Shown here piece by piece: positions 26,429 to 38,029 of a stretch of DNA of 64,000 nucleotides; positions within the stretch are counted from its first letter, which is position 1, and each line of letters opens with the position of its first letter. The stretch comes from Mobula hypostoma (Eukaryota): assembly GCF_963921235.1 (NCBI RefSeq), contig NC_086097.1, positions 183,026,001 to 183,090,000 of the forward strand. The letters are read 5' to 3'. The position numbers and the translations under genes were made by a program. The notes beneath the pieces are model-generated. The model did not search any database, was not told where the DNA came from, and worked only from the letters and a program-made list of their open reading frames with translations.

Positions 26429-27076
26429 TGTAACGCTTAGCTATATTGTCTCGTATATGGCTAGGGGAGTCTATGAAATTGATATAAATTCGATACAGAA
26501 AAGGAAGTAATGGGGAAAAAAAAGGTGCCAACTCTTATCAAAGTCCAAGTTCTTCGCGTGCATCCGTTGGAGCTCAATCGATTCCTGACGACCACCCGAA
26601 TCCTGTCGACTCACGGCTCGGGACCACCTGGAGTGATCGACCGGAGCCTCTCTGCACGTCCGCCATCCTCTCCGTCTCTCCTCCGACTCCCCCCCAAAAA
26701 CCCCATCCACCGTCCTCCTCGTCTCTCCGCCAACTCCCCGCCAAAAACCCTGTCCACCGTCCACCTCGTCTGTCCTCTGACTCCCCACCAAAAACCCCCG
26801 CACATCCACCGTCCTCCTCGTCTCTCCTCCGACTCCCCCCAAAAACCCTGTCCACCGTCCTCCTTGTCTCTCCTCCGACTCCCCCCCCAAAAACCCCCGT
26901 TCCCAGTCATATGAGACAGCATTAACATCCGAGAGAAACGATACATGAACACCATTGGCTAATAGCACCTGCTATCTGTATTAACCCAAGCAAATATCTA
27001 ACTAGAGACTTTCTCAGCATTTAACATAACAAAGAAGCCATTTTAAATTTAACATACAAAAAAAAAAGACCCCGTA
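26429..27076. mobile_element. Solo LTR-like element with an internal ~47-bp tandem array (26661..26898)
   Basis: Starts TGTAAC; matches the reverse complement of 343..1051 (aaaggtgcca..cttatcaaagt; aacataacaaagaagccatttt); right end and TSD unclear. Confidence 0.7.
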
Positions 27077-29629
27077 TCCTGATGTATACATCTTTGCTGT
27101 TCAGATGTTCCAGGTTGAGTGAAGAGCCAATGAAATGGCATCTGTTTACAACCTGTTGCACCAGTAAGCAAATTGGAACAGATCCAAGTCACTTGTCAGG
27201 CGGAGGTTGCTTCATCACCAACCTCTTAAAACACTTAATCACAGTGGATGTAAGTGCTACTGGACGATAGTCACTGAGGCAGGTTATCATGTTCTTCTTA
27301 GGCACTGGTAGAAGTGAAGACTGCTTGAAGCAGGTGGGTACCTCAGAATGCCAAAGGGAGAAGTTAAAGATCTCTGTGAACACTCCAGCCAATTGATCAG
27401 CACGGGTCTTTCGTACTTGGCCAGATGCTCCATCTGAGCTGGATGCTTTTCATGGGTCCTCCACGTTTTGACAGTCGAAGTGAGCATAGAAGACATTGAG
27501 CTCAGATGGAAGTGAAGCCCTGCTGTCACCTGTATCATTGATTTTACTTTATAAGGGGTAATAACATTTTAGCCCTGCCGCAACTGCCAAGCATTCTTCA
27601 TTGATTTTAGTTTACTCTGCAATTGCCATTCACCTGTGAGGTGGCTTTCCCAATATCATGCCTGGACCCCTTGTAACTTTCTTGGTACTCAACTTGAATG
27701 CCTCTAACCTGGCCCTCAGCAGATTGCAGATCTCATTGTGCATTCAGGGTGCTTCTGGATGGGGAAGATGCTGAATGATTTTTTGGGGACATGAACTGTT
27801 TTTATAATGTCCATAACAACCATGGTGTGTTATTCAGATCTACAGATGAGTCCTTGAAAATGGCCCAGTCCACCAACTCAAAGCAATCCTTTACTGTTCC
27901 TCTGCCTCCTACAACTACCTCTTTGTTGACCTAATCTCTGAAGCCTTGTTTGGTAGAGGAAGGATAGCCAAGTGATCAGATTTCCAAAAAAGGGGTCTGA
28001 GCATGGAATGGTAGGCATTCCTTATCTTTGTACAACAGTGTGTTCGGACTTCTGGTGCTACAGGTTATATGCTGATGGTAAATGGACAGGGGTTTCTTCA
28101 GAGTCCCTGACTATGATTTGAAATGCTTTGTGATGTACTGTTCCATGTTTGGTGAGGGTATCATGCAGTGTCTCAAGCGCTTGATTATAGTCAACTGCTG
28201 GCGGTAGGTGAACTCCAGTGAGTATTGCAGAAGAGAACTCCCTTGGTAAATAGACCTGTAGGCATTTGATCATTGGGTGTTTAAGGTTGGGGCAACACGA
28301 GTTCGATAAAACCGCCTCATTGGAGCACCACTGAGAGCTTATCACAAAAAACACATCTCCACCTTTGCCCTTTCCAAATCAGCAGTTCATTCCATCCTGT
28401 GAGTCAAAACGTCTTCGAGTCTGATCGCTATATCTGGCGTGCTGGTTGTAAGTCATGTCTTGGTTAAACATAGAACACAACAATCTCTCATTTCTCTCCA
28501 TCACAGCAATCTTGCCCTCAGGTCCTCAGCTTTCTTCTCCAGCAACTGCACATTTGCTAACAAGATACAGGGTAGAGCAGGTCTCATTCCTCTGTGATTG
28601 GTTTCAGCCTGGTTTAATAATGCCTTTCCTGTAAAAGAGTGACCAAAACTGCTCAGACTGCACCTGGAAGATTGTTTACAATGTCTTGTACAACTGTAAC
28701 ATAATGAAAGTGACCATAATACGATTGGATTTTACACTGAGTTTAAAGTGGTGTAGTTCCATGCAAAATGTTAATCTCAAGCAAAGGAGATGATGAAGGT
28801 ATGAGAGGGGTGTTGGCTGCGGTTGACTGAGAGATCATAATGAAAAGTATAATGGAGTCATACAGTAGAACTTCAAAGCCCACCATGCCCATGTTGATGT
28901 TTCTACCCATCTGCACTATCCAATTTGCCTACATTAGCATAGTATTCTTATATGTAGTTACTATTTAAGTGTTTTAATTAAATCTGGCTCTGATATGTCC
29001 TCTGGTAGTGAATTCCAAGTATCTACTCTGCACATACAAAAAACACTTTCTGCTCAAATCCCCTTAATATCTATTTCCTTTCTTCTGGAAACAGAGGAAA
29101 TAACAGGATACCTACACGTAGGTACCAATGACTCAGTCTGGACAAGGGATAAAGGAGCTAGGTACCTTTAAAGAGGTAATCTTTGGATTGCTTCTGATGT
29201 CACAAACTAGTGAATATAGGAGCAGGAGGGTGGGTCAGATGACTGGCTGAAGGGGGTGCACGGAGATTTGGCTGTGGGTTTCTCCATCACTGTGACTGTT
29301 TCTGAGGCATGGGGTACCTGCGCAGGACTGGAGGTTGGAGTTGAACCTGGGTCACTGGGAGGAGTTGTGATTTGAAAATAGCTGTGTCACTCTCCTGTTG
29401 AATCTACTTTTACTACCTTTTGTCTAATTATAATTAGTTACCTTTGTGTAAATGATAAGGCAGATCCTTCCCCTGAGCTTGGGTCAGCCTCTCTCCTCTG
29501 CCCTACGTTGCAGCATTGGGGCCGTCTCACTTGAGTGTTTGTCTACACCTACAGGGCGGCCCTGAGGGCAGTGAGGCCCCACTCCAATGGTCAGCTGTGA
29601 ACCTGTCACTATTGTTCACAGCCTTTCAT

Positions 29630-30560
29630 AATCTCTCAGAACTTGGTAAATTGATTTATTATTGTTGCATGCACCAAGGTAGAGTGGAATCTAGTCAGTT
29701 TCTATACCAAGCTGTGATGCATCGGGATAGGAAGCTTTTTATGGTGCATCTATTAAAAAATGATGAGGGTCAAAGGGGACATGCCAAATTTCTTTAGCCT
29801 CCTGGGGAAGTAGGAGCAGTAGTGTGCCTTCTTGTCATGGCATCAACGTCATTGGATCAGGGCAGGCTACTGGTGATATTCACTCCTAGAAACTTGAAGC
29901 TGTCAACCTCCTGACCACTGATACAAACAGGAGCATTTGCACCATCCATTCCGAAGTCAATAACCAGCTCTTTTGTTTTGCTGACCATGAGGGAAATGCT
30001 GTTATCATGATACCTTGTTACTAAGCTCTCTATCTCTTTGTACTCCAGCTCATTGTTATTTGAGGAAAGCCCCATGATGGTGGTGTCATCTGCAGACTTG
30101 TAGATGGAGCTACAGCAGAATCTGCTATATGAGTTATGAGTGTACAGTATAGTGAGCAGACTAGAAGGCTGAGGATGCAGCCTTGCAGGGCAGCAGCATT
30201 GAGGATAATAACGGCAGAGGTGTTCCCTATCCTATTGATTGTGGTCTGGGTCAAAAGTCAAGGGTCAGTTACAAAAAGAATTGTTGAGTGCCAGGTCTGG
30301 GAGTTTGGAGGTGAGTTTGAATGGAATTATAGTACTTTCAGAGCTGGAGTCTGACATGGGTGATTTTACTGTCCAAGTGCTCCAGGGGTGAGTGTGGGAC
30401 AAGGTTTGCTGTGGACCCTTTTCAGCAGTTGATGAATTGCAATGGGTTGAGGATGTATAGGAGGCTGGAGTTCATCTGTTCCATGCCCAGCCTCTCGAAG
30501 CACTTCATGGTGGTGGATGTCAGAGCCACAGGGTGGGAGTCATTAAGGCATAAAATTACA
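29630..30560 (-). mobile_element. Decayed Rex-Babar LINE RT fragment
   Basis: QGCILS, SKTKELVIDF, VDSFKFLGVNI motifs. Confidence 0.7.
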
Positions 30561-30745
30561 GTCTATGAGGGACATGAAAGTATGGAAACATCACATTTAA
30601 AGCATTTAATGACATTATTTCATTTGGTTAATTGGAAGTTAATGGTTTAATACCCTAATCCAAATGCCATGCCACATCATCTCATTACAGGTCATGCAAT
30701 GGCTCGACTAATATGACTCTGTCTGCCTCTACCTTTCCTTTTTAG

Positions 30746-30916
30746 TGGATGGAGGGTGGACGCCCTGGTCATCATGGTCTGACTGTTCAGTAACCTGTGG
30801 TTGGGGATCGCAGACAAGCACAAGGGCTTGCATCAACCCCCCACCTCGCAACGGGGGCTCAGAGTGTGAAGGTCTCGGCATTCAAACTAAGAATTGCAGC
30901 AGTGCAGATTGCCCAG
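30746..30916 (+). CDS. SSPO: SCO-spondin exon, TSR1 (VDGGWTPWSSWSDCSVTCGWG...CSSADCP)
   Basis: ctttcctttttAG acceptor, donor CAG|GTAAGG; 171 nt, phase 1-1. Confidence 0.94.
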
Positions 30917-30921
30917 GTAAG

Positions 30922-31990
30922 GTTCAAGGGTTCAAAGTAAATTTATTATCGAAGTACATATATGTCACCAAATACAACCCCGAGATTAATTTATTGCGGG
31001 CATACACGGTAAATTCAAGAAACACAATAGAATCAATGAAAGACCACACCCAACAGAATATACAAATAACCAATATGCAAGACACAACAAAATGTGCAAA
31101 TACAAAAGTAATAATAATAAATAAATAAATAAGCAATACATATTGAGAACATGAGATGAAGAGTTCTTGAAAGTGAGTCCATGGGTTGTGGGAACAGTTC
31201 AGTGATGGGCTGAGTGAAGTTTCAAGAGGCTGATGGTTTAGGGGTAATAACTGTTCCTGAACCTGGTGGTGTGAGTCCTGAGGATCCTGTACCTTCTTTT
31301 TGATGGCAGCAGTGAGAAGGGAGCATGGCCTAGCCGGCGGGGGTCCTTTATAGTGGATGCTCCTTTCCTGCAACAGAACTCTGTGTCAATATGCTTAATG
31401 GTGGGGAGGGTTTTACCCATGTTGGACTGAGCCTATCCACAACTTTTTTGTAGGATATTCCATTCAAAGATGTTGGTGTTTCCATACTGCAGCCAGTCAA
31501 TATACTCTCCACTACACAAGTGTAGAAGTTTATAAAAGTTTTAGATGACATGCCAAAATTTCACAAACTTCTAAGGAAGTAGTGGTGCTGCCGTGTTTTC
31601 TTCATAATGGCACTTATGTGCTGGACCCTGGTTAGATCCTCTGAAACTGAATTTCAGAGGAACACTGAGGAATTTAAAGCTGCTGACCCTCTCCGCCGCT
31701 GATCCCCCAATGAGAACTGGCTCATGAACCTCTGGTTTCCTCCTCCTGGTCAATAACCACTCCTTGGTCTTGTTGACATTGAGTGAGATGTTGTTATTGT
31801 TGCACTACTCAGCCAGATTTTCAGTCTCCTTCCTACATGCTGATTCGTCACCACCTTTGATTCGGCCAATGGCAGTGGTGCCATCATCAAACTTAAATAT
31901 GGTTTTGGAGCTGTGCTCAGCCTCCTAGTCACAAGTATGAAGTGAGTAGAGCCAGGGGTTAAGCACAGAGCCTTGTGGTCAGAATTGGAG
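30922..31990 (-). mobile_element. Rex-Babar LINE 3' part
   Basis: ERVSSFKFL, FYTCVVESILTGC, GHAPFSLLPSKRRYRILRTHTTRFRNSYYP; tail ataaatttactttgaac. Confidence 0.8.
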
Positions 31991-34131
31991 AATGGAGATA
32001 TTCAGAATGAGAAGAGGGGAGGGAGAGGGAAGGAATATATGAGGCAGGGTTAGAATGAAGAATGGATGAGACAAATTGAGTGATGCTTGGGGAAGATAAA
32101 GGAAATAACAAGACTTCAAGGCCAACGTGTTTCCGTAAGGATAAAAGCCAGGTATAACAGGTTGAGGGAACCCTGGGTGTCAAGTGATGCTGAAGGGTTG
32201 GATAAAAACAAAATTAACGAAGCATATATCAGATATAGGGAACCAATGATAGGGGAGGCCATCATCAATGGAAGGGAAGATGCTGGAAAAAAAAACTTAG
32301 GAGAGGATTAATGGTCAAATTGAAAGGCAGGGATGAATCTGAGACAACCAACCTGACTTTTCCAAGGAAAAATCCTGTTTGACCAATATTGAGTAAATTT
32401 TTTTGAAGATGTTACAAGGTGTATTGTTGGAGGCAGGGCAGTTAATCTGAGTTGCATGGACTTTAGTCATGTCAATATTGCATGTAGGAGACTGGTTTAA
32501 AACATTAGGGCCCATGAGATCCAGGGCAAATTGACAAACTAGGTCCAAAATCGGCAATAGGAGACAGAGGATAATGATGGAGGTTTTCTTTTGCAATTTG
32601 TAGCAGCATCTTGGAGTGTACAGGGGGACATGGAAGTTCAAGTCCACAAATTCTTGAAGGTGGCAGCATAGGTAGATAATGTGGTTAGGAAGACGTACGG
32701 GATACTGGCTTCATTGGTCAGGACATTGAACAGAGAAGTGGAGAAGTTACTATTCATTTTGTATGTTCTGGGCTTGTTTATCCTTTGGAAATTTATCACC
32801 TCACATTTATCTGTATTAAAGTCCATATGGATTTGTCTGTCCAAATTATGACATGGATTGGACAAGGCATTGATATTGGTTTATTATTGTCACATGCACC
32901 AAGATGCAATGAAAAGCTTATCTTGCATGCTGTTTATACAGATCAGATCACTATACAGTGCACTGAGGTAGAGCAGGGAAAAACAATAAAAATGCAGAAT
33001 AAAGTGTAAAAGCTTCAGAGAAAGTGCAGTGCAGGAACATAAAGTGCAAGATCAATAATGAGGTAGACTGTGACATCAGAGGTCACAATTATCATACAAG
33101 AGGTCCATCTAAGAGACTAATAACAGTGGATAGAAACTGTCCTTAAGGCTGGCGGAACATGCTTTCAGGTGTTCTTCTACCCAGTGGGAGAATTGAGGAG
33201 AGAAAATATTCTGGGTGGTTGGGTGGATTACTCTGGCTACTTTACTGAGGCAGTGGGAAGTAGAGTCTATAGCAGGCTTTTGTGATGTGCTGAGCTGTAT
33301 GCATAATTTCTCTGCAGTTTCTTGCAATCATGTGCAGAGCAGTCGCTCTACCAAAGTGTTATGCATCCAGATAAAATGCTGCACAGATAAAAATTGGCAA
33401 GGGTTGTTGAGCGAGTGTGAGCAGTTAAGGCCCAAATTAGAAAAGCAGAATCACTGATGCAATAATCTCTGGATTACTACCCGAGTCAAATACAAATGAG
33501 CATATATTGGCATAAACTCAGGGAGTTAACTGGTTCAAATACAGGTGTGGAAGAAATGGGGTTTCTTCATGAGATACACACCCTAGATCTGGGGAAAATA
33601 GAAGCTGTTCTGTTCCGTTAGGTTTCACTTGAAGGAAGCTGGCAACAGTGTCCTTTTGAATATTATGGTTGTATATAAGTTTTTAAACAAAATTTTCAGG
33701 GGCAGGGCCCAAGTTAAGGTAAAACTAAAGGGAAAGGACAGACAACAATGCAGCATAATGATGTGGGTAATAGAATGCAGAGATTGAGAGGAAGGGACAG
33801 AGTTTGCAAATATATAGATGCAGCTAGTTAGTCAGAACAGAGAAGAAATGGTAAGAAAACAAATTTGAAGGTGTTTGTCTGAATGTGTACAGCATTCATA
33901 ACATATGAATTGATGGCACAAAGAGAAATCATCTACTAACTGCTATACAAGAATGTTGTGAAGATGATATCCTGGGCATTTTATATTTTAGCAAGGTAGG
34001 CAGCTAAGGAAAGGTGGTGCATTTTCCTGCTCTGTACAAAGTACTGTGGACAAAGATAGGATTGTTCCATGGTACTGTAACAATACCAGGATGCAATTTG
34101 GAATATCAGCAGCATAGAAAGATGAATCTAT

Positions 34132-34747
34132 TTACGGCAATCTTTGGATTGCCAATGGTAGAACATAGATCTTTATCTTCTTCAGCCTCTCGAATGATAG
34201 CTTTTGATACTTTAATGGCGAGAAGATCTATTTTGTTGAACTGGAAGGAAATTAATCTTCCAACTACATTCCAATGATTTTCTCAAACCATATTAAGTTT
34301 AAGAGTGATATTTTCTCAAACCATATTAAGTTTAAGAGTGATATTTTTGACCCTTCGGTTAAATTTGAAGATACCTGGAAACCTTTTATGCAACACTTTT
34401 GTATGATGTAATCTGACCTTTCCGAATCTTTTTTCTTAAATTATATGATGAGAGGAGCGGAGTTAGCGACATTATGGATCTTGTCTGATACAAGTTGTTG
34501 GTCTAGCCCTGTTTTGCCTTTTTTTTGGTTTTTATTTCTTTTTTTCTTTTGGGTTTTTTTTTGTTTATATATTTTTTTTCTTTTTATTTCTTTGTTAATG
34601 TTTAATCTCACTTTGAGTTTGGAAGTCTTTTATTTCTATGTTACTTAAAATTCATTTTATATATGCTGATGAACATTTTTCCAATCTCTTTGTACCAACT
34701 TTGTTATTGAGTTTATAATTTTGAAAAATTAATAAAAAGATTTAGAA
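34132..34747 (+). mobile_element. 5'-truncated L1-type LINE with 16-bp TSD
   Basis: AIFGLP..MIAFDTLMARRSILLNWKE, L1 ORF2 C-terminal style; T-rich UTR, AATAAA; TSD agaaagatgaatctat (34116-34131 / 34748-34763). Confidence 0.75.
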
Positions 34748-35934
34748 AGAAAGATGAATCTATAACCTCAAGGTTGGCCTCTCCTGCACTCGAAGGCCAA
34801 GGAACAATGAGGAATGCAGGAAGGCTTTCCAGACCAGTAAGAAGCATTTTGAAATGTGTAGTGTCATCAAGGTGAAGGGTGGACAGTTAGAATCTTTTTT
34901 CTCGGGGTAGAAATGTCTAATTCTACACGATATGCATTCAAGGAGAAAAGTTTAAAGCTGTGCAGAGCATGCTTTTCACACAGCATGGAAGCAGATATGA
35001 TGGAGACTGTTAGATAGACACATGAATATGCAGGGAATGGAGGGGTGTGGATCATCTACGGGCAGAAGAGATTTGCAACATGTGCAAAACAAATCGTCTT
35101 TTTCCCCGGGGAGGGCATACTAAAACCAAACGGGTATAGGTTTAAAATCAGAGGCCAGAGGGACATTAGGGGCGAGTTTCTTCATGTAAAAGTGGTGTAC
35201 ATGTGGAATGATCTGCCAGAAACAGCAGCTGAGGTGGGCACGACAGCAACATTTAAAAGAAATCTAGACAAGTACATGGAGAGCAGAGGTTTTGAGGGCT
35301 GTGGGCCAAGAGCACGCAGTTGAGACGAGCTCACTGGACAACACAATCAGCATGGGAGAGTCGGGCCAAAGGGCCTGTTTCATTCTGTATGTCTCTATAG
35401 TTCTAATTATCTCCCCTCTCACCCTCTGCTCTCTGGTGCTGATTCCCCAACCCTGGAAAAAGACCTCATAAATTTACACACTTCTAAAAGATCACCTCTC
35501 ATTTATCTACCTTCTAATGGAAAAAAGTCTCATGCTGGTCAACCTCTTGAGTCCTAGCAACACCCTCATAGCAATACACACAAAATGCTGAAGGAACTCA
35601 GCAGGCCAGGCAGCATCAATGGAAAAAAGTACAGTCAACATTTGGGGCCGAAACCCTTTGGCAGAACATCCTCATTGTTCTCCTCTGCACACTTCTCAGT
35701 TTAATAGCATCTTTCTGATAGTGGAGTAACCAAAACAGAAGAGAACTTTCCAAACATGGCCTCACAAACATCTTATCCCATTGCAACATAACATCCCAAT
35801 GTGCTCTGACTGATGACCAGTGTGCCGAAAGTCTTCTTCACCACCCTGTCTACCTGTGACACCACTTTCAGGGAACCATGTGCTCCAAGGTGCCCCTGTT
35901 CTACAACACTATCCAGACCTTACTGTTCACTGGA

Positions 35935-36570
35935 AGTCAATTCCCCAGAGGATATAAGCTGGACCCAATATATTGATGCAGCTACACAAAGAGCACGACA
36001 GCGACTATATTTCATTAGGAGTTTGAGAAGATTTGGTGTGTCACCAAAAACACTCGCAAATTTCTACAGATGCACTGTGGGGAGCATCCTAACGGGTTGT
36101 TTCACCATCTGGTATGGGGGTGGTGTGGTTTGCTACTGCACAGGATCGAACTAAACTTCAGAGAGTTGTAAATTTCATCAGGTCTGTCAGAAGCACTAGC
36201 CTCCGAAGTATTCAAGACATCTTTAAGGAGCGATGCCTCAAAAAATTGGCGTCCATCATTAAGGACCCCCATCACCGAGGCCGTGCCCCCTTCCCATTGT
36301 TACAATCAGGAAGGAAGGAGGTACAGAAGCCTGAAGGCACACACTCAGTAATTCAGGAACAGCCTCTTCCCCTCTTCAGAATGGACATTGAACCCGTGAG
36401 CACTACCTTACTACTTTTTTATTTCTATTTTTGCACTACTTATTTAATTTAACTATTTTATATACATGCTGTAATTCACAGCTTTTTCTCTGTTATTTTG
36501 CATTCTGCTGCTGCAAAGATAACAAATTTCACGACGTATGCCCATGATATTAAATCTGATACTGATTTAT
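35935..36570 (+). mobile_element. Rex-Babar LINE 3' part
   Basis: ARQRLYFIRSLRRFGVSPKTLANFYRCTVGSILTGCFTIWYG (DUF1891-like). Confidence 0.82.
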
Positions 36571-37423
36571 TTTCCCAAGATGCAATAACACTCATATCTG
36601 AATTAAACTCCATTTGCTATACTGTATCTATGCCCACTTATGCAGCTGATCAAAGTCACTCTGCAAATCCTGATTACTATCTTTGCTCTCAATGATACCA
36701 CCTACTTTAGGCAAACTTACTAACCATGCCTTGTATATTCTCATTAAAATCAATGATATAGATGACAAATGGCAATGGGCCCAGCACAGTGCCCCAGGGA
36801 AGATCATTAGACTTGGGCCTCTGGTCTGAAAAATATCCTTCCACCATCACCTCTGCTTCCTACCATCAAACCAATTCTGTATCCAAGCCTAATGGAGGGT
36901 CTTGGCCCAAAAATGTCTACTGCTTATTCCCCTTCATAGATGCTGCCTGACTTGCTGAGTTCCGCCAGAATTTTGTATCTGTTGCTCAAGATTTCCAGTA
37001 TCTACAGAATCTCGTGTTTCTGTATCTAATTAACCAGTTTTCCTTGATGTCAGGATAACCTGGCTGAGAAACTGCAGTGCATTTTACTGGCCAATTATAA
37101 TCTGTTGAATACTGTTGTGAAAGGTAATTATTGTCTTTCATTTGTGTGGTGAGAACGTTACCTGTCATTTACCAGCGCCATGACTGACTTATTTAGACCT
37201 CACTACATGTAGATATGAGCTGCTTCATTCAATGGAGAGTTCCAAGTGGCATTGTGAGCATCAGTACACGGTCCACCTCTAACCATGATACAAGGAGGAT
37301 CACTGATGAGGTAACTGAAGATGGACGGGGCTAGGGCATTGCTTTGAGGAACTTCTGCAGTGATGATACAAGAGATTGCAGATGCTGCAATCTGAATCAA
37401 CAAATGACCCATGGATGAACTCA

Positions 37424-37674
37424 AACAACAGGAATTCTGCAGATGCTGGAAATTCAAGCAACATACATCAAAGTTGCTGGTGAACGCAGCAGGCCAGGCA
37501 GCATCTATAGGAAGAAGCGCAGTCGACGTAGCAGGCCAGGCAGCATCTATAGGAAGAAGCGCAGTCGACGTTTCAGGCCGAGACCCTTCGTTTGACGAAG
37601 GGTCTCGGCCTGAAACGTCGACTGCGCTTCTTCCTATAGATGCTGCCTGGCCTGCTGCGTTCACCAGCAACTTT
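37424..37674. mobile_element. Palindromic Penelope-like terminal insertion with 14-bp TSD
   Basis: Near-perfect inverted arms centred at ~37593; TSD catggatgaactca (37410-37423 / 37675-37688). Confidence 0.85.
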
Positions 37675-38029
37675 CATGGATGAACTCAGTGGTTTGAGCA
37701 GCATCTGTGGGAAGAAAGGAATATCGACATGTGGGATTGAAACCCTTCATCAGGATTGTGCAGTGATGCTCTCGGGCTGGGACTGTGAGCATTAACTTCT
37801 GCCAATCACTATCTATGACTTATGTCATTTACAGTGTTTTCTGAAGTAGGGAATTCCCTTTCCCTCCACTGATGCTGATTAACTCGCTGAGTTCCTCCAA
37901 CAATTTATTTTGTCCTGTGCTTTACCTCGGATGCCCATTTTCTTTTGTTTTACCAAGGTATACTGATGTCATATTCAGTCAAATGCTGCCTCGACATGAA
38001 GGACAGTTAGTTTAACACGCTGGATCCTG

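Larger units (their letters stand above)
25080..28600 (-). mobile_element. Long decayed Rex-Babar LINE (endonuclease, RT, DUF1891-like C-terminus) with nested insertions
   Basis: ORF pieces [78 protein letters not shown]. Confidence 0.8.

Noticed and set aside
26471..26968. Overlapping Gly/Arg- or Pro-rich ORFs
   Set aside because: By-products of the tandem array inside an LTR.
37203..37683. Bidirectional ORFs with repeated peptides
   Set aside because: Artefact of the palindromic Penelope-like insertion.
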